Shown here: positions 27,001 through 34,520 of the stretch, piece by piece
Layout of the letters: each line of letters begins with the position of its first letter
How positions within the stretch are numbered: the first letter of the stretch is position 1
DNA from: Nemertoderma westbladi
Lineage: Eukaryota > Animalia > Xenacoelomorpha
Direction of reading: 5' to 3'
DNA length: 64,000 nt
NCBI GenBank assembly: GCA_032718475.1
Contig: JAUCBJ010007338.1
Span: 25,450 to 89,449 of the forward strand
Notes under the pieces: model-generated
Database searches by the model: none
What the model saw: only the letters and a program-made list of their open reading frames with translations
Told to the model about the DNA's origin: nothing
Translations under genes and position numbers: made by a program

Positions 27001-27276
27001 GAGGTCCCCTCGACTGGTTACGGGGAACTCGACTCGACCCCCTGGATACCCGGTATCACGTGTCCCCCGCAGGAGGCGCAACGACCCATCACCCTCAGCC
27101 AGACGTTGATCCCGTTTGCCCAGGCTATCAGCGTGGGCGGGACGTTGCTCTCCTCTGTCACTGGCCACAGGTCCGATACCACACCCGTGGTCAGTGCGGG
27201 GTCCTCGGTCAGTTACCATGACGACGCCTCCTACCCGCCACCCCCGCCTCCACCCCCACCTCGGGCGCCAAGATAA
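18028..27276 (+). CDS. DOT1L: Histone H3K79 methyltransferase DOT1L, 3082 aa, uninterrupted ORF
   Basis: N-terminus Y.WPLP...EIVETIRWVC and YEPFSPEVYGET; SAM motif I DLGSGVGQ; GIE; FVNNYAFG; VSWT..PVSYYLHTIDRT.LE.YF; GPTTRR; ALDLLH. A coiled coil follows, then a long low-complexity tail. Confidence 0.97.
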   Translation: MEKTLTLESLFGAPAAQYMWPLPMSEKQDGAIEIVETIRWVCQDFPELNAAVDNHILKDYDTHDYHSMRNICERYNRAVAAILDTWLGSNRYKRIPERASSGLLKHILNQVYTHAVCDPDKLNVYEPFSPEVYGETSYDLVKKMLETIAIRETDTFIDLGSGVGQVVLQIAASTECRFSFGIERAETPSSYAINMEREFRKWMAWYGKSYGEFKLEKGDFLDDSMSDRIANASVVFVNNYAFGPIVNHQLKLRFANMKESARIVSSKEFVRPNFRITSRALSDISSIMRVTEIEGMRGSVSWTVTPVSYYLHTIDRTQLELYFKENRERGSHRGRGEADFETDTSDTGSSSLRGYQRRQEGGGDGGLVGDSATVSETSSSVAELCDDIVWGPTTRRQWKQLVAQESHQKEDKSKSRGLPLQTIKEHREKSTTKKSILLKNNKNAKETSKKNVMSGNNLIALDLLHRETINSTRSPCPISDVIDDDVEEKPNVIVSEPQDNEFNRFMGNLRNLYASYFEKIKNPNFVEIIQKKIEAEKEKQKALVYKQAVLSRQIDSLRKESVDLLQDKLLGLGISAANPQQIIDQAQTIIEKHRDLTEKVEIAETQLQFAENENHRLNKLLKVEAKQLPADTFRKSDLKSQLNKLETDVSTWERFEAKLKQKVVAEKERLPLASPKGVPHRQRSPSSTPSPRTPQMFSVESLITSQYQSTFFNNPQSLHPVQRLSDVMQPDVVGIQPREMPFGYSQQATLFGQPQLHIISPDSIKRKRDSSSSSRKSPKIAARSKSPGRSGSARESTLAYSDIAQGSSHPYVIRKIRNEGFPPSPVTTQTSVIAPAVTAIREGDPADAEVARVLASTRVTSCSSRITTPSPRLMPIKQRILGCKEETRTPIPMSLEDKVSLMTQRSDSLPYSEGSQVTELMYCKIIEEPDATLDSIMGVSLEPVSGASGIGTSLHHNSSTISKGTDEEHKSPQIVIPDSSVSKATMVYDDPVSDPVPIATSAQHIKLINEVSKSTTIYEQGRPLDGVPKAIDNITNTVYAISTPDLTESENISKAVVSQSSGLEPVLPVNIEDIRNLHNANAVSSSISDENQLGIVPKVNFSDGIVQLTKTYINESIEPITISDGRKSKSTVCTNLSVPDVNKNNYPDDIIKSIDDFAITTSVVGAQNISDSDRYLADKVENKVPVCNSMSNLAPHSMPRLPEKKVPVSDSYEQHETTLPTIVASETSQQIQPHVSMPQKDSIDFQNLDIPQVKSGFIKPVVSDMDPCKQKISQDLTIQSVNKSGEIKGEIGLPQTVRDVSELQVEDENKTTVSEKQQTRGKSEQQIDIPVAELDQAANDIIIEPENILATIDQCVEGLQPADIDNGSGGESINGNDDTVSGRKKAKLRGKKGKAKKSKTKLRQVPSGADQLVSSNKSQTEISQEQMDSNQNNTDNLEEHIDCQQTDGHVDISKDQINSNSFQIDSTPIQIDDTKDLAAPTSQEEIENLQPKSNFVDSSAVDIGDDSNLLGGKGYNISNDEVFQSVESLDESPPVRKTRSQSNLGKATIGKSTTKQQQLKLKFKKSKGKKETGDQGEDEDLRALSSYSPSLPGVEKQTGKQGRKKSVIQNESVITDDHSLNVSDQKEAKVETPRQLRPRKRSGVRILESSDASPKTPELKELSAIQSPKQQIPDIQSGKSLPEKSPTRGRQEDKIEESAQVELEENILDPIDKTPPEPETDTRKKLRPRNRKQSSAIPNLPENNAKSVRKQNRVAVLAPSIESVPLEVSTVKLPATDGEDKTVAMDVDAKHGRSLLDEKVSPGAQLPVEPIEDKLLLKPVCEGPEQKSDQMSPDKHENVQPEQNDLKINSLLSSNHESRDNSIPVTNVADKKDSLTLQHSKQISSTFAADEIRITTQTKYAVNVESSLTKPNISESKDMLHLIRALEYSSDKTQQMSSNRNDYAVEPIDEMTKDIAGEVQDVEVTEKSPINHLQSTDELFDTEVPLHRAPGILSLETSGTTDKGSATTAVTDGIMPLSNATTVVTDGTTPLGNTTTYVTDGTTPLSSATTAGTNWTTPLRNATTDVTDGTTPLGNATTDVTDGTTPLGNAITAVTDGTTPLDDATTAVTDGTMPLGNTETPGKVGTMPLDDATTAVTDGTTPLGNAITAVIDGTTPLGDATTAVTDGTMPMGNTETPGKDRTMPLGDATTAGEDGTTSLDIATTAGSVGLCNSESHQNQIEHDEVLQHANTDLYDSSKFDNTRTEVDTTVVSDKCKSPVRPLATWHSYADEFTSKDSRKAVEIESRESGTGELSGNFRIPKKQSIQPTTDGCNDRPNVSETSSHSTSFSQSHVSAPASPCRKGHLPWIDKHGLHSSPRSHALKGDALLTLKGGKLSGKDKTAPNKPVGIVIKPSSSSTAQPIEYEEPKTYKEYRELKEKGVLPTNPTKDKGGKQSETKSKKTDVDGKLHSSISPSKPLAKAEQAKQHHEQGEHHGKHRHEPIKTHDIAKHKQTEAELRHNHRSNTKLYKSHEDSSSTQTDPRIESNKLPGDIDSSNSNLDPSHRGERMLHDGSWKDQTSSVEGHSVPTKDEKPRREKTFEEFRKEQYMEAERCVVKDPQQFIHSKYGGEYSHPHFSQRNPHLQQRYPRQRSPNTYQRYPQYNQNIRKPYPQHHSPNLQKPYPQNRSPNLQKPYPQNRSPNLQNVRFPYRNPNLHHKVPPSHSPTLHSHLLQRGPNIPSRFSQHSPNYSPRFSSGVSRPGDTRGNTWSSLNIPTSTTARQYQTKVPTATTSYLSYATQVETTSYTTKPEEATSYTYTNPDKSDYSQISYASYFSQTPPPQQSYLATYASSDKDAVPDNTTTSYASLMDPLTYQLTGAAIPTTYSVSNAVPATDNRTYQTASYLESQAQESCLLMTSQLPAEIPTYPSAVAPAAPVPAVSTASSYLLPPQPVPPVTPLDSLYNNAQQAAQMIIQSTILNQNIRQLDQHLQSVLKLKQQEALVSGGVAQETRDPEVPSTGYGELDSTPWIPGITCPPQEAQRPITLSQTLIPFAQAISVGGTLLSSVTGHRSDTTPVVSAGSSVSYHDDASYPPPPPPPPPRAPR
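24040..24645 (+). repeat. Coding minisatellite in DOT1L: 42-bp unit (ATTAVTDGTTPLGN), about 14 copies
   Basis: gccacaacagctgttacagatgggacaacgccactgggtaat is repeated in frame. Confidence 0.9.
25965..26075 (+). repeat. Coding 36-bp repeat in DOT1L (KPYPQNRSPNLQ x3)
   Basis: aaaccttacccacaa...agcccaaacctgcag occurs three times. Confidence 0.85.
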
Positions 27277-28479
27277 CTCAGATGGTTCTAGAATAATAAT
27301 AATATAATAGATAATTTTATTTCCACGTAGCATTGAAGTATATATAAATATACAATTTGTAATAATTTGGTGTTTTGGAAATGAAATTTTCTTAGTAGTA
27401 AAACTGTTTTATATTCAACTTTTTTTTATTTACTCAAATAGAATATGCGGTAAAACTTATTACCCTAACAAACATTAATAACGATTTAGCTATTTATGCC
27501 AAATAATTTATTTAGGTATTTTTCCTTCAACGACCACCTGAATAACTTTAACTTTGTTAAATGTCTAGAACAATATGGGAACCATTAAAAATTATTAGAA
27601 AATTACAAAAAATAGCGATTAAATTTATCGAAAGCGAAGTACAAAGCTCTCACTCTTATTGCAATCAAAATCATATCCATCTGAATTGTTTACGAAAAAT
27701 GTTTGAATTTGCGTTTATTATCGTTAAATGTTTCCTATTTCGCCTTGGTGTATATAACTAACTATATGTTATATTGTATTATTATATATAATATTAATAT
27801 GTATTTTATTTTTATTATATTAATTAATACTTCTTCTCTGAAAATTAATAATGTTAATTTGATGTTAATCTGAAAAAATACGTTTCCAACGGCAAAATCC
27901 AAGATATAACAGTTTCTCCAGTGTAATGTCTATTGATGGTGATCATATTTTAGCGCCACTAATATAATGCCGCCCCAAATTAGATGATTTGATACCAAAA
28001 AAATGATTTAGCACCAAATATATTTTTTTGTAGCACCAATTCACATCCCCCAATTTTGAATATCCCTCTCATCAAAAACAATTATTCACCCCCCCCCCCC
28101 CCCCCCCCCCCCCAAAAAAAAACAATTTATTCAGCCCCCCAAAAACAATTTATTTATCCCACAAAAACAATAATTTATCCCCCAAAAATAATTATTCTTC
28201 CCCTAAAAACAATTATTCATACCTCAAAAAGTTTTCAATCTCCCTAAAATAATTACTTGTCAACCAAAAACAATTCTTCCAACACCAAATATTTTATGGT
28301 AATTTTATTTAAAAATACAAATTCATTAATTATTTATTTACATAAATCAAACAAAATGTTTAATCATCGTATACTAACGATCCTCGTACCAATAGTCTCT
28401 GTAAGTAAGAGTCTGTAACTGAGAGTCTGTAACTGAAGTCTGTAACTGAGAGTCTGTTTATTTTGGTAGAATACTTGAA

Positions 28480-29150
28480 TATTTTGGGGGAATTGAATAT
28501 GCATTTATTTTGGGGGAATATGTATTTATTTTAGGGGAATATGCATTTATTTTGGGGGAATATGCATTTATTTTGGGGGAATATTTTTCGAATTGATGGT
28601 TGCTACATAAGACTACTAAGGGCAGCCCTAAACATCAGCTGGAGACAACACATGACAAACGCCGAGCTTTATGGTACAATACCACCTGTATCAACCACCC
28701 TCCGTGAACGCAGATTAAGATTCAGTGGGCACTACTGCTGGCGAAGTAAAGACGAGGTCATACCAGATCTACTTCTCTGGCAACCAACTCATGGAAAGCG
28801 TAGTCGTGGACGACCGGCCATAACATATATAGATCAACTTGAAAGGGATACTGAACTTGGGAGAAACGAAATTGCGACAACTATGGAGAATCGGGAAGCC
28901 TGGAAGGATCTCATTTCCACTGTCCGAGTTCGCGCGACCTAGTAGTAGTAGTAGTAGTAGTTGGGGGAATATGCATTTATTTTGGGGGAATGTGTATTTA
29001 TTTTGGGGGAATATGCATTTATTTTGGGGGAATATGCATTTATTTTGGGGGAATGTGTATTTATTTTGGGGGAATATGCATTTATTTTGGGGGAATATGC
29101 ATTTATTTTGTGGGAATATCTATTTATTTTGGGGGATTATGTATTTATTG
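28480..29150 (+). repeat. 21-bp minisatellite (GGGGGAATATGCATTTATTTT)n, interrupted by a LINE
   Basis: Directly visible on both sides of 28585-28960. Confidence 0.9.
28585..28960 (+). mobile_element. 5'-truncated RTE-like LINE 3' end with (AGT)n tail
   Basis: Translation RIDGCYIRLLRAALNISWRQHMTNAELYG...RRLRFSGH...LLLWQPTHGKRSRGRP..TYIDQLERD...REAW, stop, then (agt)7. TTGGGGGAATAT lies on both sides as an apparent TSD. Confidence 0.9.
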
Positions 29151-29476
29151 TAATTTATTGTATTCGATGTTGAATAATTGTTTTTGGTGTTGAAAAATTT
29201 GTTTTGGTGTTGAGTAATTGTATTTGGGGTGACTTATTTTATTTGGTTTTGATAATTTTTTTTGGGGGTAACATTGATTAAATTGGTGTTATATAATTTT
29301 TTGGTTAAATTTTCATCAATTTTGTGTAACTTTAATTGGTAGCCTATTTTTACACCATGACTGGGGGGGGGGGGGGGGGGGGGGGCGTATTTACAAACCC
29401 CATACAGTCTCGACACTGGCAATGTAATTCAGCCTGAATAAAGGACCAATGAGAGACGATCAGTAATTGGAAGTCT

Positions 29477-29537
29477 AGTGCTGAGATGGTATGGGGTTTG
29501 GGAATACACCAAACCCCATACTATATCCCTCGGCACT
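29477..29537. repeat. Strong ~60-bp hairpin, possibly a minimal TIR pair
   Basis: gtgctgag..ggtatggggtttgg-gaataca-ccaaaccccatact..ctcggcac. A related arm caaaccccatac..ctcgacac occurs near 29394-29418. Confidence 0.65.
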
Positions 29538-29571
29538 TTAATGTGGTACTTTACAGTGCTGCTTACTTCAT

Positions 29572-29826
29572 GTTTTTTAGGTCCACGTAGCAAGACCTCT
29601 AGAATTCACTCTGTTGTTGACTTCGGTGTTGGTGTTGTAATTTCCAGTTGGGTTTACAAGGCTTCATACGGCGCAGTGGCGTTGGACGTAGAATCTCTTC
29701 CAAAGAGTTCCGAGTACATTCCCCCCTTTCCGCTGAAATTTTTTGGTAGTAAGATTTCGTATTAAGCCAATCAAGGAGACAGTTCATACGTTAGTAGACG
29801 CGGACCTTTGCGCGTTGTCGCGCTTG
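29572..29826 (-). mobile_element. Dispersed ~260-bp repeat, inverted homolog of 33906-34165
   Basis: Shared blocks caaaggtccgcgtctactaacg.atgaactgtctcctt and gagtgaat.ctagaggtct.gctacg.ggac.taaaaa. Confidence 0.75.
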
Positions 29827-30269
29827 TCATCATAAAGTAGAAGCGGGTACCGGTATTTATTTATCGCAGAACAGTGACTGTAAATGGTGATTCTCGTCAG
29901 ATATTAATTAAACCATTTCCATTAATTACGGTTAGTAAACCTTGTGTAATGCGATTCATCCGTATGTGAATGATGTTTAAAATGATCTCAATGCGTCTAT
30001 ACTTTATTTCTCTGGTGCGCCGATTTTTGCTTTATTGTTAATATTCTGGCGCAATTCCTCGTTAAGTGTCAAAAATGTAAATGCAAAATCAATAATAATT
30101 ATTATTCTACCTGTCAGCTTGTTTTCAGGGTAATTAATAAAAATTTATAAATAGAAAATCAATATAAATTTAAGAAAAATATTGAAAGTAATTAATTAAA
30201 ATATACCCTCTTTATTATTATTACATTATACATGCTAATCTAAACCCCAATTCGTGTTTCAGTCTGCAC

Positions 30270-32664
30270 AGCCCATTGCCCACACACTTCCCCCCACGCC
30301 CATTGCACACACACTTCCCCCCACGCCCATTGCACACACACTTCCCCCACGCCCATTGCCCACACACTTCCCCCCACGCCCATTGCACACACACTTCCCC
30401 CCACGCCCATTGCACACACACTTCCCCCACGCCCATTGCCCACACACTTCCCCCCACGCCCATTGCCCACTCACTTCCCCCCACGCCCATTGCCCACACA
30501 CTTCCCCCCACGCCCATTGCCCACACACTTCCCCCCACGCCCATTGCACACACACTTCCCCCACGCCCATTGCCCACACACTTCCCCCCACGCCCATTGC
30601 CCACTCACTTCCCCCCACGCCCATTGCCCACACACTTCCCCCCACGCCCATTGCCCACACACTTCCCCCCACGCCCATTGCCCACACACTTCCCCCCACG
30701 CCCATTGCCCACGCACTTCCCCCCACGCCCATTGCCCACACACTTCCCCCCACGCCCATTGCCCACACACTTCCCCCCACGCCCATTGCCCACGCACTTC
30801 CCCCCACGCCCATTGCCCACGCACTTCCCACCACTCCCATTGCCCACACACTTCCCCCCACTCCCATTGCCCACACACTTCCCCCCTCGCCCATTGCCCA
30901 CACACTTCCCCCCACGCCCATTGCACACACACTTCCCCCCACGCCCATTGCCCACACACTTCCCCCCACGCCCATTGCCCACACACTTCCCCTCACGCCC
31001 ATTGCCCACACACTTCCCCCCACGCCCATTGCACACACACTTCCCCCCACGCCCATTGCCCACACACTTCCCCCCACGCCCATTGCCCACACACTTCCCC
31101 CCACTCCCATTGCCCACACACTTCCCCCCACGCCCATTGCACACACACTTCCCCCCACGCCCATTGCACACACACTTCCCCCACGCCCATTGCCCACACA
31201 CTTCCCCCCACGCCCATTGCCCACTCACTTCCCCCCACGCCCATTGCCCACACACTTCCCCCCACGCCCATTGCCCACACACTTCCCCCCACGCCCATTG
31301 CCCACACACTTCCCCCCACGCCCATTGCCCACGCACTTCCCCCCACGCCCATTGCCCACACACTTCCCCCCACGCCCATTGCCCACACACTTCCCCCCAC
31401 GCCCATTGCCCACGCACTTCCCACCACGCCCATTGCCCACGCACTTCCCACCACTCCCATTGCCCACACACTTCCCCCCACTCCCATTGCCCACACACTT
31501 CCCCCCTCGCCCATTGCCCACACACTTTCCCCCACGCCCATTGCCCACACACTTCCCCCCACGCCCATTGCACACACACTTCCCCCCACGCCCATTGCCC
31601 ACACACTTCCCCCCACGCCCATTGCCCACACACTTCCCCTCACGCCCATTGCCCACACACTTCCCCCCATGCCCATTGCCCACACACTTCCCCCCACTCC
31701 CATTGCCCACACACTTCCCCCCTCGCCCATTGCCCACACACTTCCCCCCACGCCCATTGCACACACACTTCCCCCCACGCCCATTGCCCACACACTTCCC
31801 CCCACGCCCATTGCCCACACACTTCCCCCCACGCCCATTGCCCACACACTTCCCCCCACGCCCATTGCCCACACACTTTCCCCCACGCCCATTGCCCACA
31901 CACTTCCCCCCACGCCCATTGCCCACGCACTTCCCCCCACGCCCATTGCCCTCGCACTTCCCCCCACTCCCATTGCACACACACTTCCCCCCACGCCCAT
32001 TGCCCACACACTTCCCCCCACGCCCATTGCCCACACACTTCCCCCCACGCCCATTGCACACACACTTCCCCCCACGCCCATTGCCCACACACTTCCCCCC
32101 TCGCCCATTGCCCACACACTTCTCCCCACGCCCATTGCCCACACACTTCCCCCCACGCCCATTGCCCACACACTTCCCCCCTCGCCCATTGCCCACACAC
32201 TTCCCCCCACGCCCATTGCACACACACTTCCCCCCACGCCCATTGCCCACACACTTCCCCCCACGCCCATTGCCCACACACTTCCCCCCACGCCCATTGC
32301 CCACACACTTCCCCCCACGCCCATTGCCCACACACTTCCCCCCACGCCCATTGCCCACGCACTTCCCCCCACGCCCATTGCCCACGCACTTCCCCCCACT
32401 CCCATTGCCCACACACTTTCCCCCACGCCCATTGCCCACACACTTCCCCCCACGCCCATTGCCCACACACTTCCCCCCACGCCCATTGCACACACACACT
32501 TCCCCCCACGCCCATTGCCCACACACTTCCCCCCTCGCCCATTGCCCACACACTTCCCCCCACGCCCATTGCCCACACACTTCCCCCCACGCCCATTGCC
32601 CACACACTTCCCCCCCACGCCCATTGCCCACACACTTCCCCCCACGCCCATTGCCCACACACTT
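30270..32664 (+). repeat. 27-bp minisatellite (GCCCATTGCCCACACACTTCCCCCCAC)n, about 88 copies, G-rich on the minus strand
   Basis: Directly visible; the long ORFs in all frames are artefacts. Confidence 0.97.
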
Positions 32665-33550
32665 GTAGTTGTCATCCGGCATACTTCGACACAAAATCGT
32701 GGTACATATTATTTATTTAGGAAAAAACCTTATTAACGAAAGTACAAAAACGAAACAAAAAACTAATTTATCATACAGCATAATAGTTGGAAAAATAGCG
32801 CAACAGCTGTTAGTATCACCGTCGTTTCCTTAGCAACACTTCACTATTCTCTAAAATATTTTTTCCTCATTCGTTCAAGATTACAAGCAGTTTAACCTCA
32901 ACAGTCAATCGGTATTGTGGTTGTTAAGCTTCCATAGAAACTGATGTACTCCATAGAAACGGGTCATTATTTAAATTTGCACAATGTGTCAAAGTGCACA
33001 AAACAGATTTGTATATTATGAGTGAACTATATGAACCGAAACACCCTTAAAATATGTAATCCGGCCTTAAATTTTCAGTTGTGCCAAAAACAGGTATATG
33101 TGGCTGGTTGCCAGAATATTTGTTTAAACTCTTAATTCAAAACCGCAAAGATAAATACATAACGCATATCAACGAATTTGGAGATTATTCATTAATATTT
33201 GTTATGTAGTGAAAGTGAAGGGCAGGATGGGGGGGGGGGGGGGGGGGGGTGTCTTGTGATGTCAGTTTAACGTATGGGCAAAGGGAAATGAACTTGCATG
33301 GATCTTTGTACCCTCTCAGTTCGGAAACATAGGCCTGTTCGAGAGAATGTGGTTGCTAGCTGATAGTACATAAGGTGGAGTTAGGTTATTTACTTAACGA
33401 TTTATTTATAGTTAAGAAATAACATCCTGTTGATAAGTATTTCCATCCGAATGTGTGGACAGTAAAAGATATGAAAATATTAAATCATACTTCATTATTT
33501 GGTTTGGAAGTATCATATTTACCTTTTTTTATTTAATATATTACATAATT

Positions 33551-33820
33551 ATGAAGTATATTACCACTTACACATCGATACAACAGCTGCTATTGGTGCT
33601 GACTATGTTACTAACGCCGTCATTGATGGCGGCAACGTTTCCAGCGTTACATAAGCTGCGAATGAGCGCATCCGATCCCGGGACGCAAGCCGTCGCCGTA
33701 ACAGATCTGATACAAAGATTGATACCCAAACAGGCGAATAGTTTTGTGGTTAAAGTCGACCCAGGAATTGCTGAATCACCTCACTTAGATACATTCGAAG
33801 TATCCACTTCCGCAGGAAAG
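33551..33820 (+). CDS. NAGLU: Alpha-N-acetylglucosaminidase (GH89) exon 1, 90 codons including a signal peptide
   Basis: ATG at 33551, hydrophobic signal MKY...QQLLLVLTMLLTPSLMAA, then AV.DLIQRL.P..A.SF.V.VDP...LDTF like the NAGLU N-terminal domain. GT donor at 33821, phase 0. Confidence 0.85.
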
Positions 33821-33905
33821 GTAGATAACACATTCATTCATGACCTGATAATAAATCAGATCAGATATTTAAAATAAAAGTAGGATTTGAATTAAACATT
33901 CATCT

Positions 33906-34165
33906 AAGCGCGAAAGTCGCAAATCACAAAGGTCCGCGTCTACTAACGCATGAACTGTCTCCTTAAATGGCTTACTACTGTACCAATCTTACAACAACAA
34001 AAACATTCACCGGAATATGGGATTGAACTCGTACCTAGAGATTCCAAGTCCTACGCTCTGTTAACTAAGCCACTGGGGCCGTATCAATCCTTAATACCAA
34101 AACCTAACGAGAAATTAACAACAAGGGAGTGAATACTAGAGGTCTCGCTACGCGGACATAAAAAT
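33906..34165 (+). mobile_element. Dispersed repeat in the NAGLU intron, bounded by short IRs and containing an antisense tRNA-like segment
   Basis: GGTCCGCGT near the left end is the inverse of ACGCGGAC near the right end. The minus strand at 34010-34080 has TGGCTTAGTT, CTTGGAA and GAGTTCAATCC. Confidence 0.65.
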
Positions 34166-34232
34166 ATAACACGTACATCATAAACTGATGAAATGGTAGG
34201 CCCGCGAGCGCACAGTGGTCTAACATGAAACA

Positions 34233-34417
34233 TAACGGATGGGTGTTGAATAACAATGAAATTGAGAGTCTAAACAGCGGCAAGATAAATTATATTAAAT
34301 TCAAACAAACGTTATTGCCCTTACGGGGCTGTTTAAACGTTTATTTGAATTTAATATAATTTACCTTGCCCCTGTTTAGACCCTATATTTCATTCTTATT
34401 CAACACCCATCGGTTTA
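34233..34417. repeat. ~185-bp near-perfect palindrome in the NAGLU intron
   Basis: gatgggtgttgaataa.aatgaaat...tctaaacag.ggcaag.taaattatattaaattcaaa.aaacgtt is the inverse of aacgttt.tttgaatttaatataattta.cttgcc.ctgtttaga...atttcatt.ttattcaacacccatc. Confidence 0.9.
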
Positions 34418-34520
34418 GATACCTACTTACAGTTGTAGTGGATTCATCTCATACCTGTAATTTGATTGGGGGTTAAGCATTTTCTTTTACAAAATTTATA
34501 AATCAGCTTTATTATTCCAG

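Noticed and set aside
30221-32736. Long ORFs (up to 814 aa) in all six frames
   Set aside because: By-product of a stop-free 27-bp minisatellite; the frames interconvert at 1-bp slips.
34010-34080. Functional tRNA-Pro(TGG) on the minus strand (likewise tRNA-Thr at 2272-2345)
   Set aside because: Acceptor and/or anticodon stems are broken and the sequences sit in repeat-like context.
34185-34231. Hammerhead-like core CTGATGA-(9/10 bp stem)-GAAAC
   Set aside because: No stem I or stem III with a valid NUH cleavage site could be formed in type I or type III topology. An Infernal search would settle it.
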